Part shown: piece by piece, positions 26,277 through 36,664 of the stretch
How positions within the stretch are numbered: position 1 is the first letter of the stretch
How the letters are laid out: each line of letters begins with the position of its first letter
Source of the DNA: Gemmatimonadota bacterium
GTDB taxonomy: Bacteria > Gemmatimonadota > Gemmatimonadetes > Longimicrobiales > Gaopeijiaceae
NCBI GenBank assembly: GCA_039589315.1
Contig: JBDHHQ010000069.1
Span: forward strand, 1 to 38,447
Length of the DNA: 38,447 nt
Direction of reading: 5' to 3'
Made by a program: the position numbers and the translations under genes
The notes under the pieces: generated by a model
What the model was told of the DNA's origin: nothing
The model's database searches: none
What the model saw: only the letters and a program-made list of their open reading frames with translations

Positions 26277-29147
26277 TCAGCCCTCCTCCACCCCCCAACT
26301 TCGATCCGCGTCTCGGAGCAAGCCGCCGTACCGAGGATCCTCCCGCAGCGGACCGAGCTCGTTCGGGAAGAAGTAGCGGACGGATTCCGTCTCGAACCAC
26401 CCCCAGCTCTGGATGCGGGCGAAGGCTGCGAACGCCTCCTCCTCCTCTTCGAGGGCGGCAAGCACCAGCCCGGTCCAGAAGGGGTCGCCAGGTGCCTCTT
26501 CCTCGACCTGTGCCAGGCGCTCCTCCGCTCCGGCGCGGTCGCCGCCGGCCATCCTGGTCAGGGCGAGAGCGGCCTGGACTTCGGCCTGTCTGGGTGACCC
26601 GAGGGGGAGCGCCAACCCGGAGGTGATCCGGAACGCGGCCTCGGCTTCCTCGTGCCTATGCAGGTGATGGAGGACGAGCCCCTCCATGAAGTGAGCCAGG
26701 GCGTAGTCGGGCTGGATCTCACGGGCACGCGAGGCTTCCTCCAGAGCCTGTTCAGGCTCACCGTTCGCGAGCAGCGCCTCGGCGCGGAAGACGCGCACGG
26801 CCGGGGCCAGCGGGTTCAGGGCCGTGGCACGTTCGGTGGGCTCGAGCGCGTCAGCCGGACGTCCGACCAAGAGGTAGAACCAGGCTAGCCATATGAGCGC
26901 TTCGGCGTGGCTGGGCTGCAGCTCCACGGCGCGCTCCAGCTCCTGCAGCATGGTGGGTCCGTCCCTGCGAATCGAGAGGACGATCCCCAGTGACATGTGG
27001 GCCTCCGCGAGCTCGGGATCGAGACGGACCGCCTGTTGGGCCACGTCCTCCGCGTCTGGCGCGCCGTCCGGGACGGGATAGTGGTACCACTCGAGCAGCG
27101 CGACGGCCTCCGAGAGTCCGGCCCACGCCGGGGCATAGTCCGGATCTCGGTCCACCGCGGCTCGAAAGCTGTCCAGCGCGTGTCGCATCCCCCCCTGTGT
27201 GCGCTGGACGAGTTGGGCTCGGCCTTCCAGGTAGAGACGGTATGCCTCGAGGTCGTCCGTCGGCCGGCGGCCGAGTCGCGCCTCCTCGCGCGGGGTGAGC
27301 TCGGCTCGGATGGCGTCGGTGATCTTCGCCACCAGCTCGCTCTGGAGGTCGAAGACGTTGGCCGCCGTGAGCTCCCGGTCGTAGCGTTCGGCCCACCGGT
27401 GGACGTCGCGACGCGCGTCAATGACCTGAACGTTGAGTCGCACGCGGCCACCGGCCCGCTGCACCGTTCCCTCGATGACCGTTCCGGCGCCCAACTCCCG
27501 GCCGATCTCCGTAATCGACTTCCCGCTGCCCTTGTACGCCGCTGCCGATGTGCGAGAGATCACCGTCAGCGCCGAGACCCTCGACAGCTCGGTGAGCAGG
27601 TCCTCATGGAGTCCGGCAGAGAAAGCGTCCGTGTCGTCCGACCCCAGCGTTCCGAACGGGAGAACCGCCACGGTGTGCGGGTCCAGGACGGCTTCGGTCG
27701 TGCCGGTGGCGTGTGGCCTTTCGTCCGGTGGGGCGGTGTCCGGGTCTTCGACCGCCTGAGCCGGCACTCTGGGTCGAGCCGGCGGCACCATGGCGGGGGG
27801 CCGCGGGCGGGCCCGGATCACGTACGCGACCAGGACGATGGCAACGACGACGAGCACCATCGGCAGGACCGCGCCCATGGGGCCACCCTCGCCCTGATCG
27901 GCCGCCCCGGCGCCCTGACCCAGGACGTACCCTCCGACCGCCGAGGCGGCGATAAGCACCGCCGCGGCTGCCACGCTGCCCCGGTGCCGCTCGACGAACT
28001 TCGAGAGGCGATAGAGTGGGGTGTCGGGCCGTGCGGCCACCGGCCTGTCCTCCCGGTAGCGCCGCAGGTCGGCGACGAACGAGTCCGCCGACGGGTACCG
28101 CCGTTCAGGCTCGCTGCTCAGGGCAGTCAGGCAGATGTGATCGAGGTCGGTGACTCGCTTGGAGCCAGCCACCTGCCCAGGTGCCGTCGGAGCTTCACCG
28201 ATGGGAAGGCGACCGGCCAGGAGCTCGTAGAGGACGAGCCCGAGCTGGTACACGTCGGAGGCTGTCGTCACCGGGTGCCCACGCAGCTGCTCGGGAGAGG
28301 CGTAGGCCGGGGTGAGCACCTGTACGCCGGTTCGGGTCAGCGTCTCGCCCGAGTCGTCCCCTCCGAGCTTGGCGATGCCGAAGTCGAGCAGCTTCACGGC
28401 ACCGTCGTCGGTCACCAAGATGTTGGCGGGCTTCAGATCCCGATGGATTACGCCAAGGCCGTGAGCGTAGTGGACTGCGCGGCCCACCGCCTCCATCAGC
28501 TCGAGACGGCCCTCGACGTCGACGGCCTCGCGCTGACAATGGCCGGTGATCGGAGTCCCCTCGACGAGCTCCATCACGAAGTACGGACGGCCGTCCGAGG
28601 TCAGTCCGCCGTCGTAGAGCCGCGCGATGTTCGCGTGCTGCAGTCGGGCCAGGATCTGCCGCTCCCTCAGGAACCGTTTGTCGAGGTCGGAGCCACCGGC
28701 GGCTCGCTTCACGACCTTGACGGCGACCTGCTGCTCGAACTGGCCATCTGCCCGCTCCGCCAGGTACACGGTTCCCATGCCTCCGGACCCGAGGGGCTGC
28801 AGCAACCGGTAGGCGCCGAGGACCTCACGGGTCTCGGTAGGAGCGGCCCGAAGCAGCGCATCGCCGGGACGGTCTGCTTCAGCTGGGCCCCGCTCGCTCG
28901 CGCGGGCGTGCGCCAGGACCGCCTCGTAGAGCTCGGTGTCGTCGCCGCATGCCCGCTCCAGGAACCGCTCGCGGTCCTCCGGTCCGTGGTCCAGCGCCTG
29001 CTCTAGAAGAGCGTCGACCTCGCGCCGACGACGGGAGGTGGGATCACCGGGGTTGGGCACGCGACTCTCGCTGACTCCTGCTCTGAAGCGGTGAGCTCGT
29101 GGGGGAAGCCGAGAATGGCTTCCCGCGATTCGGACGCGGGAAGCCAT
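26277..29147 (-). CDS. Hanks-type Ser/Thr kinase with membrane helices, TolB-like and TPR domains; start may be GTG 29060
   Basis: GSGGMGTVY, VAVK, HRDLKPAN, DFG, YASPE and SDVYQLG; then VAVLPF...WAERYDR and TPR repeats. Confidence 0.93.
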   Translation of the reverse strand: MASRVRIAGSHSRLPPRAHRFRAGVSESRVPNPGDPTSRRRREVDALLEQALDHGPEDRERFLERACGDDTELYEAVLAHARASERGPAEADRPGDALLRAAPTETREVLGAYRLLQPLGSGGMGTVYLAERADGQFEQQVAVKVVKRAAGGSDLDKRFLRERQILARLQHANIARLYDGGLTSDGRPYFVMELVEGTPITGHCQREAVDVEGRLELMEAVGRAVHYAHGLGVIHRDLKPANILVTDDGAVKLLDFGIAKLGGDDSGETLTRTGVQVLTPAYASPEQLRGHPVTTASDVYQLGLVLYELLAGRLPIGEAPTAPGQVAGSKRVTDLDHICLTALSSEPERRYPSADSFVADLRRYREDRPVAARPDTPLYRLSKFVERHRGSVAAAAVLIAASAVGGYVLGQGAGAADQGEGGPMGAVLPMVLVVVAIVLVAYVIRARPRPPAMVPPARPRVPAQAVEDPDTAPPDERPHATGTTEAVLDPHTVAVLPFGTLGSDDTDAFSAGLHEDLLTELSRVSALTVISRTSAAAYKGSGKSITEIGRELGAGTVIEGTVQRAGGRVRLNVQVIDARRDVHRWAERYDRELTAANVFDLQSELVAKITDAIRAELTPREEARLGRRPTDDLEAYRLYLEGRAQLVQRTQGGMRHALDSFRAAVDRDPDYAPAWAGLSEAVALLEWYHYPVPDGAPDAEDVAQQAVRLDPELAEAHMSLGIVLSIRRDGPTMLQELERAVELQPSHAEALIWLAWFYLLVGRPADALEPTERATALNPLAPAVRVFRAEALLANGEPEQALEEASRAREIQPDYALAHFMEGLVLHHLHRHEEAEAAFRITSGLALPLGSPRQAEVQAALALTRMAGGDRAGAEERLAQVEEEAPGDPFWTGLVLAALEEEEEAFAAFARIQSWGWFETESVRYFFPNELGPLREDPRYGGLLRDADRSWGVEEG

Positions 29148-29346
29148 GATAGTCTAGGACGGGAGCGGAGACGGCTGCAATGTCACTCTGCGGGTTTCCG
29201 ACTGAGCGATTCATGCGCGACCGGGGTTCCGAGATCCGTGTCACCCGTGAGAGCCGAGGCGTGCGGGGCCCTCACGTCAGCCGCCGGTCTTGTGCGCCCG
29301 TGGTGCAGGAAGCATTGTGCGGCCACTCTTCGCCCAGGAGCCCATC

Positions 29347-32214
29347 TTGCCGCACGACGCCGACGATCGACCCTCGGCCCTCCAGCGCCGAGAATTCCTG
29401 AAGCTCGGTGCCCTCGGAGCCGGTGCGACCCTGTCCGGTTGCGCTACGTCAGGGACCGCGGGTCCCCTACTGGAAACGACCGCTGCCGCACCGGTGCCGG
29501 AGCGCGAGCGGGTCACGGGCCTCCGACCGACTCCTTCGGTCGGCGAGCTGATCGACCCGAGTCGGATTGGTGCGGAGACCTGGCAAGAGCCCTGGATCTG
29601 GCGGCCCGATGAGTGGCCGGACGGCCAACTCGTGCTGAACGTCACGAGGCACCAGAATCCTGGCAACTCGCCGAGCCCGGGCAATCCCGCGCCTGCGATA
29701 TTCAGCTACAACGGGAGACCGTTCGGGCCCACGATCCGCGTGCGCGGCGATGGGGTCGTGAAGCTCAAGGTCCGCAACATGCTCGGCCTCAACGAGCAGA
29801 TCGTGCATGTCGGGCCGAGTCCCGATCCGGTGGACATGCCCCTGGATACCGACCGCGAAGTGTGTCGGCTCCGGGAGGCCGAGCTGCCCGACGGCGATCC
29901 CGAAAACCCGCGGGGGTGCAACCCCTTCGTTTACCCCGAGCTCCTGCTCGAGGTGATCGATCCGGAGGTGCGGCCGAGCTGGAGCCTGAAGGGCCACGTG
30001 AACGGTCAACACGCTGCGCACACGACCAACCTCCACACCCACGGTCTCCACGTCGCTCCACAATCGAATCCCGACGGGACACACTCCGACAACGTGCTCC
30101 TCAGGATCATCCCCAAAGCGGACATGGAGGCTCGCCTGGCGTCCGCCGATCCCGATCTGGCAGAGCCGGCGGAACACGAGCATGTCGGAGAATTGGACTA
30201 TGAGATCCAGCTCAGGGTACCGGCGGAGGGAGGCGGAGCGCCTCATCCACCTGGCACCCACTGGTATCACCCACACGCGCATGGGGCGACTCACGATCAG
30301 GTCGCCAGCGGCATGGCGGGGTTCCTCCTGATCGAGGGTGACGTGGACGAAGCGATCAATCGCGCCCTCACCGACGAGCCCTGGCCCGATCCGGAGCTCA
30401 AGACCGGCCCCTGGGATTACCGTGAGCGGCTGATCTTCATCCAGCGCGTGTTCATCGGATCGGCCGACCTCGACGCCGGGCGGCGACGCAACTCACTCCG
30501 GTTCCCCCCGCTCTCTGCCGTGAACGGCATCATGCCCGCGTCCGTCATGTTCATGCGTCCCGGGGCGGTCGAGCGCTGGCGAATTCTCAATGGCAGTGTC
30601 GACGGATCCGGCACGAAGCGGGTCATGGTGCTGGAGGGTCAGTTCGTTCAGCGGCAGAATCGGATCTGGGAAGTCATCACAGAGGGTGAGGGTCAGGATC
30701 GGGTGAGACGGCTCGAGCGCGTCAGCGAGGAAGACTTCGAAAGGGCCAAGGTGCAGCTACACCAGCTCTCCTTCGACGGGATCACGCTCGTCGAGGAGAG
30801 GGGCGGGGGGGCCGTCCACGTCATCAAGGATCTGGCACGTCAGAACGAAGGCACCCGCAATCCGCTCGCCCGGTTCCCCGAGGGGAACGAATCCGAGCTC
30901 GAGTCCGCCCTGCGGGCCTTCGAGGACTGCTACCGGGACGGGGACTCCCTCCGGCGCGCCTATGTCCGGCCGAACGAGCTCTATTTGGCGAATGCCAATC
31001 GAGCGGACGTCTTCTTCAAAGCACCGCTGGACTCGGTAGGCAGGACGTACACGCTGTTCGCCAAGGAAGCCCATCTCCATACCGACAACCACCAGTCGGT
31101 GCTGCAGACGGGCGTCACGAACGAGGAACCGCTGATCCGCAGGCCGCCATTCGACGTGGTCGTCGGCTACATCCACATCCAGGGTGAGCCGGTCGAGGGC
31201 GGCGAATTCGACGTTCCGAGCCTGACCGACGTTCTTCCACCGGTACCGGATCTCTTCCAGCCCATCGGCGATGACGAGTTACGCGTACCCGCCGAGGAGG
31301 CGCTCACGACGGGGGTCCCCGCCCAGAGCGTTCGCAGTCGCGTCATCTCCTATTCCGGTACCGGGGGAGCCGACTTCCCGGTCATTCCCGCGCCTGAGGA
31401 CTTCTGCGAGCAACACCCCGAGCTGGAGCACCTCGTCTGGGGAACTCAGGACGGGCAGCGGATCCTGCTGGCGAACTTGACGCGTACCATGGCGATCAAC
31501 ACGGACTTCGACCTGCGGGCCGAGCCGGATCCGCGGGCGCCTCGGAAGTTCATGCCGCACGATCCGATGGGGTCCAGGGTCCTGGTCGATACGGCCGAGG
31601 AGTGGGTGCTGTACAACAGCTCCCTCGCGCTGTGGAGTCATACGGATCTGGACCGCTTCCCGCAGCCCGGTGCCTATCGCCAGCACTACGAGTCCTTTCC
31701 CGTCACTCGGGCGGAAGGACAGAGACGCTTCTGGGAAGATCCCGAGTTCCAGATCACTGGAAAGGCCGCTGATCACCCGTTCCACATCCACATCAATCCC
31801 ATGTGGGTGCTTCGGATCGACGTGCCGGACGAGAACGGCACGCTCCATAACGTGCTGCCCGAGCCCCGCTGGATGGACACGGTCCCGATGCCCCGAAACG
31901 GAGGCCGCGTCGTATTTCGCACGCGCTTCGATCACTTCGTGGGCACCTGGGTCCATCACTGCCACATCCTGCTCCACGAGGACATGGGCATGATGCAGAC
32001 CGTGGAATGCGTGGAGGACGCGAGCTCGGCCAACTATCGTCCCAGACCTCGGGCCGCCAGCCACACGATGCCTGCCTCGGAAGTGGACGAGATGTACCCG
32101 CCGCCCACTCTCGACGTGATGTACCGCCAGACGATGCGCTTCGTGGATCCGAACGAGATCGGCCGCCAGGTCTATCCGGGATTCGCCTTGGAGGTGCCAC
32201 AGCCGCAGGACTGA
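29347..32214 (+). CDS. Large multicopper oxidase with Tat lipoprotein signal
   Basis: AGGAG RBS before TTG 29347; RREFLK and LSGC; copper motifs TNLHTHG, WYHPH, HPFHIH and HCHILLHEDMGM. Confidence 0.92.
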   Translation: MPHDADDRPSALQRREFLKLGALGAGATLSGCATSGTAGPLLETTAAAPVPERERVTGLRPTPSVGELIDPSRIGAETWQEPWIWRPDEWPDGQLVLNVTRHQNPGNSPSPGNPAPAIFSYNGRPFGPTIRVRGDGVVKLKVRNMLGLNEQIVHVGPSPDPVDMPLDTDREVCRLREAELPDGDPENPRGCNPFVYPELLLEVIDPEVRPSWSLKGHVNGQHAAHTTNLHTHGLHVAPQSNPDGTHSDNVLLRIIPKADMEARLASADPDLAEPAEHEHVGELDYEIQLRVPAEGGGAPHPPGTHWYHPHAHGATHDQVASGMAGFLLIEGDVDEAINRALTDEPWPDPELKTGPWDYRERLIFIQRVFIGSADLDAGRRRNSLRFPPLSAVNGIMPASVMFMRPGAVERWRILNGSVDGSGTKRVMVLEGQFVQRQNRIWEVITEGEGQDRVRRLERVSEEDFERAKVQLHQLSFDGITLVEERGGGAVHVIKDLARQNEGTRNPLARFPEGNESELESALRAFEDCYRDGDSLRRAYVRPNELYLANANRADVFFKAPLDSVGRTYTLFAKEAHLHTDNHQSVLQTGVTNEEPLIRRPPFDVVVGYIHIQGEPVEGGEFDVPSLTDVLPPVPDLFQPIGDDELRVPAEEALTTGVPAQSVRSRVISYSGTGGADFPVIPAPEDFCEQHPELEHLVWGTQDGQRILLANLTRTMAINTDFDLRAEPDPRAPRKFMPHDPMGSRVLVDTAEEWVLYNSSLALWSHTDLDRFPQPGAYRQHYESFPVTRAEGQRRFWEDPEFQITGKAADHPFHIHINPMWVLRIDVPDENGTLHNVLPEPRWMDTVPMPRNGGRVVFRTRFDHFVGTWVHHCHILLHEDMGMMQTVECVEDASSANYRPRPRAASHTMPASEVDEMYPPPTLDVMYRQTMRFVDPNEIGRQVYPGFALEVPQPQD

Positions 32215-32240
32215 GCGGGCGTCAAGCGGTTCGGACCCGG

Positions 32241-32534
32241 TCACTCTCCTCGCTGCAGCTTCTCCAGGATCGCGGATACGGGCGGTGCACCGTCGGCGCG
32301 GCAGGCCATCGCTTGGTTCTGCCCGCCGGACCCGGTCACGTCGTGGCCGTTCACGAGAACGGTCGGAGATCCGTACGTCCGGTACAATTCTGGAATCGAA
32401 TCGGAGTCGGTGTCCCACTCCGTCCACTTGACGGATTCACCGAAGGACGCGATAGCCTCGCTCAGGTTGCGTCTTGCCACGTCCACGTTGGGGCAACCCT
32501 CGAAGTACACCAGCTCGATCGTGAGTCCGCTCAC
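32241..32534 (-). CDS. Small thioredoxin-fold protein (DUF2703-like type often found near metal-resistance genes)
   Basis: GGAGG RBS before GTG 32534; IELVYFEGCPN, YGSPTVLVNG and ACR. Confidence 0.75.
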   Translation of the reverse strand: MSGLTIELVYFEGCPNVDVARRNLSEAIASFGESVKWTEWDTDSDSIPELYRTYGSPTVLVNGHDVTGSGGQNQAMACRADGAPPVSAILEKLQRGE

Positions 32535-32587
32535 GGCTCGTCCTCCAGGGCCTCCAGAACGGGGCATCCGCCTGCGCGGGGCAGTCG

Positions 32588-34660
32588 CTACGACACGGGC
32601 CTCTGACGGATCCACTGGTCCATCCACGCCTTCTGGTTCCGCGCGGTCTCGAAGCGCAGGCCCGGCTCCCTCGGGCCGTGCGGCGTACGCGGTAGCCAGA
32701 GCAGCTTCGCGGGCACGCCGTTGGCCTGCAGACCACGGTAGAAGATCATGGCCTGATTCGGGGGCACTCGGGGGTCCTGCTCGCCGTGGATCAGGAGTGT
32801 CGGGGTCGACGCCTGCTCGATGAATGCCATCGGATTCGAAGCCTGGTACACCTCCCAGAGGCCCTCCTCATATGGCCCGCCGCCAAAGTACGCCTCGAAG
32901 GTGTGCTGGATGTCCTGGGTCCCCCACATGGCGATGTTCTCGGTGATGGCCGCGCCGGCCACCGCGGCTTTGAACCGTGATGTCTGGGACACGGTCCAGG
33001 CCGTCATGTAGCCGCCGTAGCTCCATCCCATCACTCCCAGCGAATCGGGGTGGGCGATGCCCCGCGCCACCAGCGTATCGACACCGGCCATGATGTCCAG
33101 GAAGTCGAGACCACCCCAATCTCCGACCACCGATTGGAGCCCCTCTTCGCCGTAGCCCGACGATCCCCTCGGGTTGGGTAGGAGGACCGCGTAGCCGTCG
33201 GCCGCCATCCATTGCGCATTGTTGTTGAACGAGGACGCTTGGAAGTTCTCCACGTACACGCCCGAGGGGCCTCCATGAATGCGCACCACCAGAGCGCGCG
33301 GTCCGTCCTCGGAGCTCCAGCCCGCCGGGTAAACGACGATACCCTCGACGTCGCCGCCATCCGCGCCCTTCCAGGTCAGGACCTCGGTGGCGCCGACGGC
33401 GAAGTCCGCCGCGTGGTCGTTGTGGGCGCTCAGGGGCGTCGAGGCCCTGACCGAGTGCTGAGCGACGTTGGCGTCGAGTTGAGCGGCGAACAGCTCCACC
33501 GGCCGTCCGGGATCCTCATACGCGAACACCATGGTGCGACCGTCTTGCGAGAACCCGGCACTCCCATACGCACCCCGGCCAGGAGTCAGCCGCACCAGAT
33601 CGCCGCTCTCCAGGTCGACCTGAAACCACCCCCGTGTGGTGCCGGTCGTGGCCTGAAAGACCGCCCTCGAGCCGTTATCCAGGAGCGTGTATGGGCCCGC
33701 CTGGATGTCAGCATCGGGAGACACGTCGACGGGATCGCCTCCGCGCGCGGGGATCCTGTAGATCCTCCGGTACCCGATCTCGTGCCGGTCCGAATGGCGA
33801 GCCGAATACACGATGTGCTCCCCGTCGGGTGTCCACCGAGGATTCGCGTCGGGTCCCGGGTTGGTGGTAACCCGCTGGAGTGAGGCCTCCTCGTCGTCCA
33901 TCGCGATCGTGAACACGTCACCCCGCCAGGAGTCCCTCGGGCGATCGGTGGGCGTCGCCGAGAAGGCCACGCTCGCTCCGTCCGGGCTGATCTCGAATGG
34001 CCCCACCGTGAAGGCCTCGCCGCTCGTGAGCTGTCGAGCTTCGCTGGTGCCCACGTCCAGCGCCCAGAGGTGGGCGAATCGGCCCGGCTCGTCCTCGAAC
34101 GAGACATCCAGCCCCGCCTCGCGCCGCTCGTCGGCCGTCGGGTCGTCGTCCACCGCTCGGTAGACGATCGTCGATCCGTCCGGGGACCAGGCAAAGCCGC
34201 TGATCGATGTCACGTGATCGTGCAGGAGGCGAGGCTCACCCCCCCGGGCGCCCATGATGTAGAGGTCCTGATCGCCTCGGTCCGTTCCCGACCCGTTGGC
34301 CTCACCGCCGTCCCGATCCGACTCCCGCCCGCGCTCGGACAGGAAGGCAAACACGTCACCGTTGGGCGCCCAACGGGGCTGCGCGTCGGTCTTGGGGTTG
34401 TGGGTGAGTTGGGTGGGTGCAGTCCATCGCGATCCATCGCGGCGGGTCAGCCAGATGTTCGTATCCTGCTCGTTCTCATCGAGACGCTCCGTCGTCACGG
34501 TGTAGAGTGCGGCGCTGCCGTCCAATGTCACCTGCACGTCGCTCAGGCTGGACACGCTGAAGAGGTCCTCCAGTGAAGGTCCTCCAGGAGCCTGTGCCTG
34601 GGCGTGGCTACCGCCCGCGATCAACAGAAGCAGGACAGAGACGTTGGAGACTCGGAACAT
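32588..34660 (-). CDS. S9 family (prolyl oligopeptidase/acylaminoacyl) peptidase, secreted
   Basis: Signal peptide; PD40 repeats (WAPNG, WSPDG); IHGGP, NPRGSSGYG, GWSYGG, HGEQDPRVP and catalytic His in TPHG. Confidence 0.95.
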   Translation of the reverse strand: MFRVSNVSVLLLLIAGGSHAQAQAPGGPSLEDLFSVSSLSDVQVTLDGSAALYTVTTERLDENEQDTNIWLTRRDGSRWTAPTQLTHNPKTDAQPRWAPNGDVFAFLSERGRESDRDGGEANGSGTDRGDQDLYIMGARGGEPRLLHDHVTSISGFAWSPDGSTIVYRAVDDDPTADERREAGLDVSFEDEPGRFAHLWALDVGTSEARQLTSGEAFTVGPFEISPDGASVAFSATPTDRPRDSWRGDVFTIAMDDEEASLQRVTTNPGPDANPRWTPDGEHIVYSARHSDRHEIGYRRIYRIPARGGDPVDVSPDADIQAGPYTLLDNGSRAVFQATTGTTRGWFQVDLESGDLVRLTPGRGAYGSAGFSQDGRTMVFAYEDPGRPVELFAAQLDANVAQHSVRASTPLSAHNDHAADFAVGATEVLTWKGADGGDVEGIVVYPAGWSSEDGPRALVVRIHGGPSGVYVENFQASSFNNNAQWMAADGYAVLLPNPRGSSGYGEEGLQSVVGDWGGLDFLDIMAGVDTLVARGIAHPDSLGVMGWSYGGYMTAWTVSQTSRFKAAVAGAAITENIAMWGTQDIQHTFEAYFGGGPYEEGLWEVYQASNPMAFIEQASTPTLLIHGEQDPRVPPNQAMIFYRGLQANGVPAKLLWLPRTPHGPREPGLRFETARNQKAWMDQWIRQRPVS

Positions 34661-34808
34661 GACAGGCTCCGCAGTGGGGTTCGACCAAAGGAATAGCGGC
34701 ACCATAGTCCGTTGACAGGCGGCACGCAGCCCCTGTCCTGGGGGCGGAGCGCCCGGGGCTGGGTGATGCGGTCGATTGGGGATGCGGCCGGTTGCCGCGG
34801 GCCGCGGC

Positions 34809-36044
34809 TCAGCGTGCCCGGTTCAGGTAGACCCCGTTCCGGCCCTCCGAGACGGCCTCCACGACGTCGTCGTAGCCGTCCCCGTCCACATCGCCCACCA
34901 CCAGCCAGTAGGTGGCGTCCGTCTCGGCCCCGAAGGTCGGCCCCACCTCGAAGGTACCGTCACCAGCGTTCAAGTACGCCCTGTTGCGGGCGCCCACGTT
35001 GCCGACGACCAGGTCGAGGTCCCCGTCGTGATCGAGGTCGCTGGCGACGACCGCGAGCGAGGTCGCGACCTCGGGGCCCAGCAGCTCGCTGCGCTCGAAC
35101 GTCCCGTCGCCCATCCCGAAGTAGAGCTTGTTGGGCCCGCGGATGTTGGCGGCAGCGATGTCGACGTGTCCGTCACCATCGAAGTCCCCGACGGCCGTTG
35201 CCAGACCCTCATCGGTCGGCGGTCCGAAGGGGTGGGGGCGCTCGAACCTGCCGCCGCCGGCGTTCAGCGCGACGTAGTTGGGATCGCCGTCCCGATTCGC
35301 GGCCACGATATCCACCCGGCCATCCGCGTTCACGTCGGCGACCGTCAGCTTGATCGTACCGTCCTCGCCCGTTCCGAAGACCGTCGGCTCGGAGGTGCCA
35401 CCCTCGCGGTCGTTCAGGTACACGTAGTTTGGCCCGCCCCGGTTGGCGACCGCCACGTCGAGCCAGCCGTCTCCGTCGAAATCTCCAAGGACCAGGTCGC
35501 GGCTCACGTCCGGCTCCGCGGAAAGCTCGCCGGCCAGGGAGAATCGGCCGAGTCCGTCGTTCCGGTAGACGAGGTTGGGCGTACGGTCATTCGCGACCAC
35601 CGCGTCCAGGTCACCGTCCCCGTCCAGGTCCCCGGCGGCCACGGCGTAGCTCGTCGCACGCTCGATCCCCAGCGGAAGCGCCAGGGTGAATCGACCGTAG
35701 CCGCCGGCGGCCACCGCAGTGGCCTCCTGCTCGGCGGTATTCCCGTTGTTGATGAACACCTCGTTCTCGACGGGCCAGTGTCGGCCATTGGCGACCAGGA
35801 CGTCCAGATGGCCGTCTCCATTCACGTCGGCGAGCGTCACCGACGCCGTGGGGTCCGACCTCTGCCCGAGAGCGTGGTCATGTGTCTCACCGAACGTTCT
35901 GGCCTGAGCCGACAGCGGGGGAGCGATGAGAACGGCCCACATCATCCCCACGCTCGCGGTCACACGGACCGACTTCCCGACCGACCTGCTCCTCCCAACG
36001 CTCCCAGTCGGCCGGACCGAATCCGCGATCGACCTGCTCTTCAT
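34809..36044 (-). CDS. FG-GAP/VCBS repeat beta-propeller protein
   Basis: Seven D-x-(D/N)-x-DG-x-x-D repeats; GAGGAGG RBS; signal region ending LSA-Q. Confidence 0.92.
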   Translation of the reverse strand: MKSRSIADSVRPTGSVGRSRSVGKSVRVTASVGMMWAVLIAPPLSAQARTFGETHDHALGQRSDPTASVTLADVNGDGHLDVLVANGRHWPVENEVFINNGNTAEQEATAVAAGGYGRFTLALPLGIERATSYAVAAGDLDGDGDLDAVVANDRTPNLVYRNDGLGRFSLAGELSAEPDVSRDLVLGDFDGDGWLDVAVANRGGPNYVYLNDREGGTSEPTVFGTGEDGTIKLTVADVNADGRVDIVAANRDGDPNYVALNAGGGRFERPHPFGPPTDEGLATAVGDFDGDGHVDIAAANIRGPNKLYFGMGDGTFERSELLGPEVATSLAVVASDLDHDGDLDLVVGNVGARNRAYLNAGDGTFEVGPTFGAETDATYWLVVGDVDGDGYDDVVEAVSEGRNGVYLNRAR

Positions 36045-36054
36045 CACGTCCTCC

Positions 36055-36609
36055 TCATTCGTCGACCGATGACCCGATGGGGCAGTCGTCGCCCACACAC
36101 ACACTGTGATCGCAGAGCCGGCACTCCCGCCGTGCCTCCATCAGAGACCTCGGCCTTGCTCGCAGCGCCCGGTCGAGCACTCGAGAAAGCACCATTCTCT
36201 CGGTCGAATCGGCTTGTGCCAGCGCCTGGCTCAAGACCACGGACCGTCGCTCCTTCAGTCGCTGCGCCAGAGTCTCGCCGGAGGGCGTCAGGCGGAGTGC
36301 CGACGTCCTGCCGTCGCCGCCAGCACCGCGCTGCAGGGTGCCAGTGGACTCCAGGCGGTCCACGAGACGCACCGTGCCCGAGTGCGTGAGTCCGACGACC
36401 CTGGCCAGAAAGTCGATGGAGCAGCCTGGCCACGTACCCACCGCGAGGACGGCGATGGAATGCGTGCCGCCATGTGCATCGTCCGAGAGTGCCACGGCAA
36501 GCTGGTCCCCAAGGCTACTGACGAACGCGCCCAGCAGGTTGACGAGGTGCGCATCGTCCGGTCCCGCCGTTGCGGTCCCCCCTCTTCTCGCTCCCCCTGC
36601 CTGCGGCAT
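36055..36609 (-). CDS. MarR-family regulator with Cys-rich C-terminus
   Basis: LARVVGLTHSGTVRLVDRLE, DGR...LRLT and terminal CRLCDHSVCVGDDCP. Confidence 0.9.
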   Translation of the reverse strand: MPQAGGARRGGTATAGPDDAHLVNLLGAFVSSLGDQLAVALSDDAHGGTHSIAVLAVGTWPGCSIDFLARVVGLTHSGTVRLVDRLESTGTLQRGAGGDGRTSALRLTPSGETLAQRLKERRSVVLSQALAQADSTERMVLSRVLDRALRARPRSLMEARRECRLCDHSVCVGDDCPIGSSVDE

Positions 36610-36643
36610 CTCGCGGTCAACCTCCCTCTGCCTTCCTCATGAA

Positions 36644-36664
36644 ATAAGTATGACGCATACATAT
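36644..36664. promoter_or_regulatory. Palindromic putative MarR operator
   Basis: ATAaGTATG-ACG-CATACaTAT in an AT-rich patch 35 nt upstream of the marR start. Confidence 0.6.
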
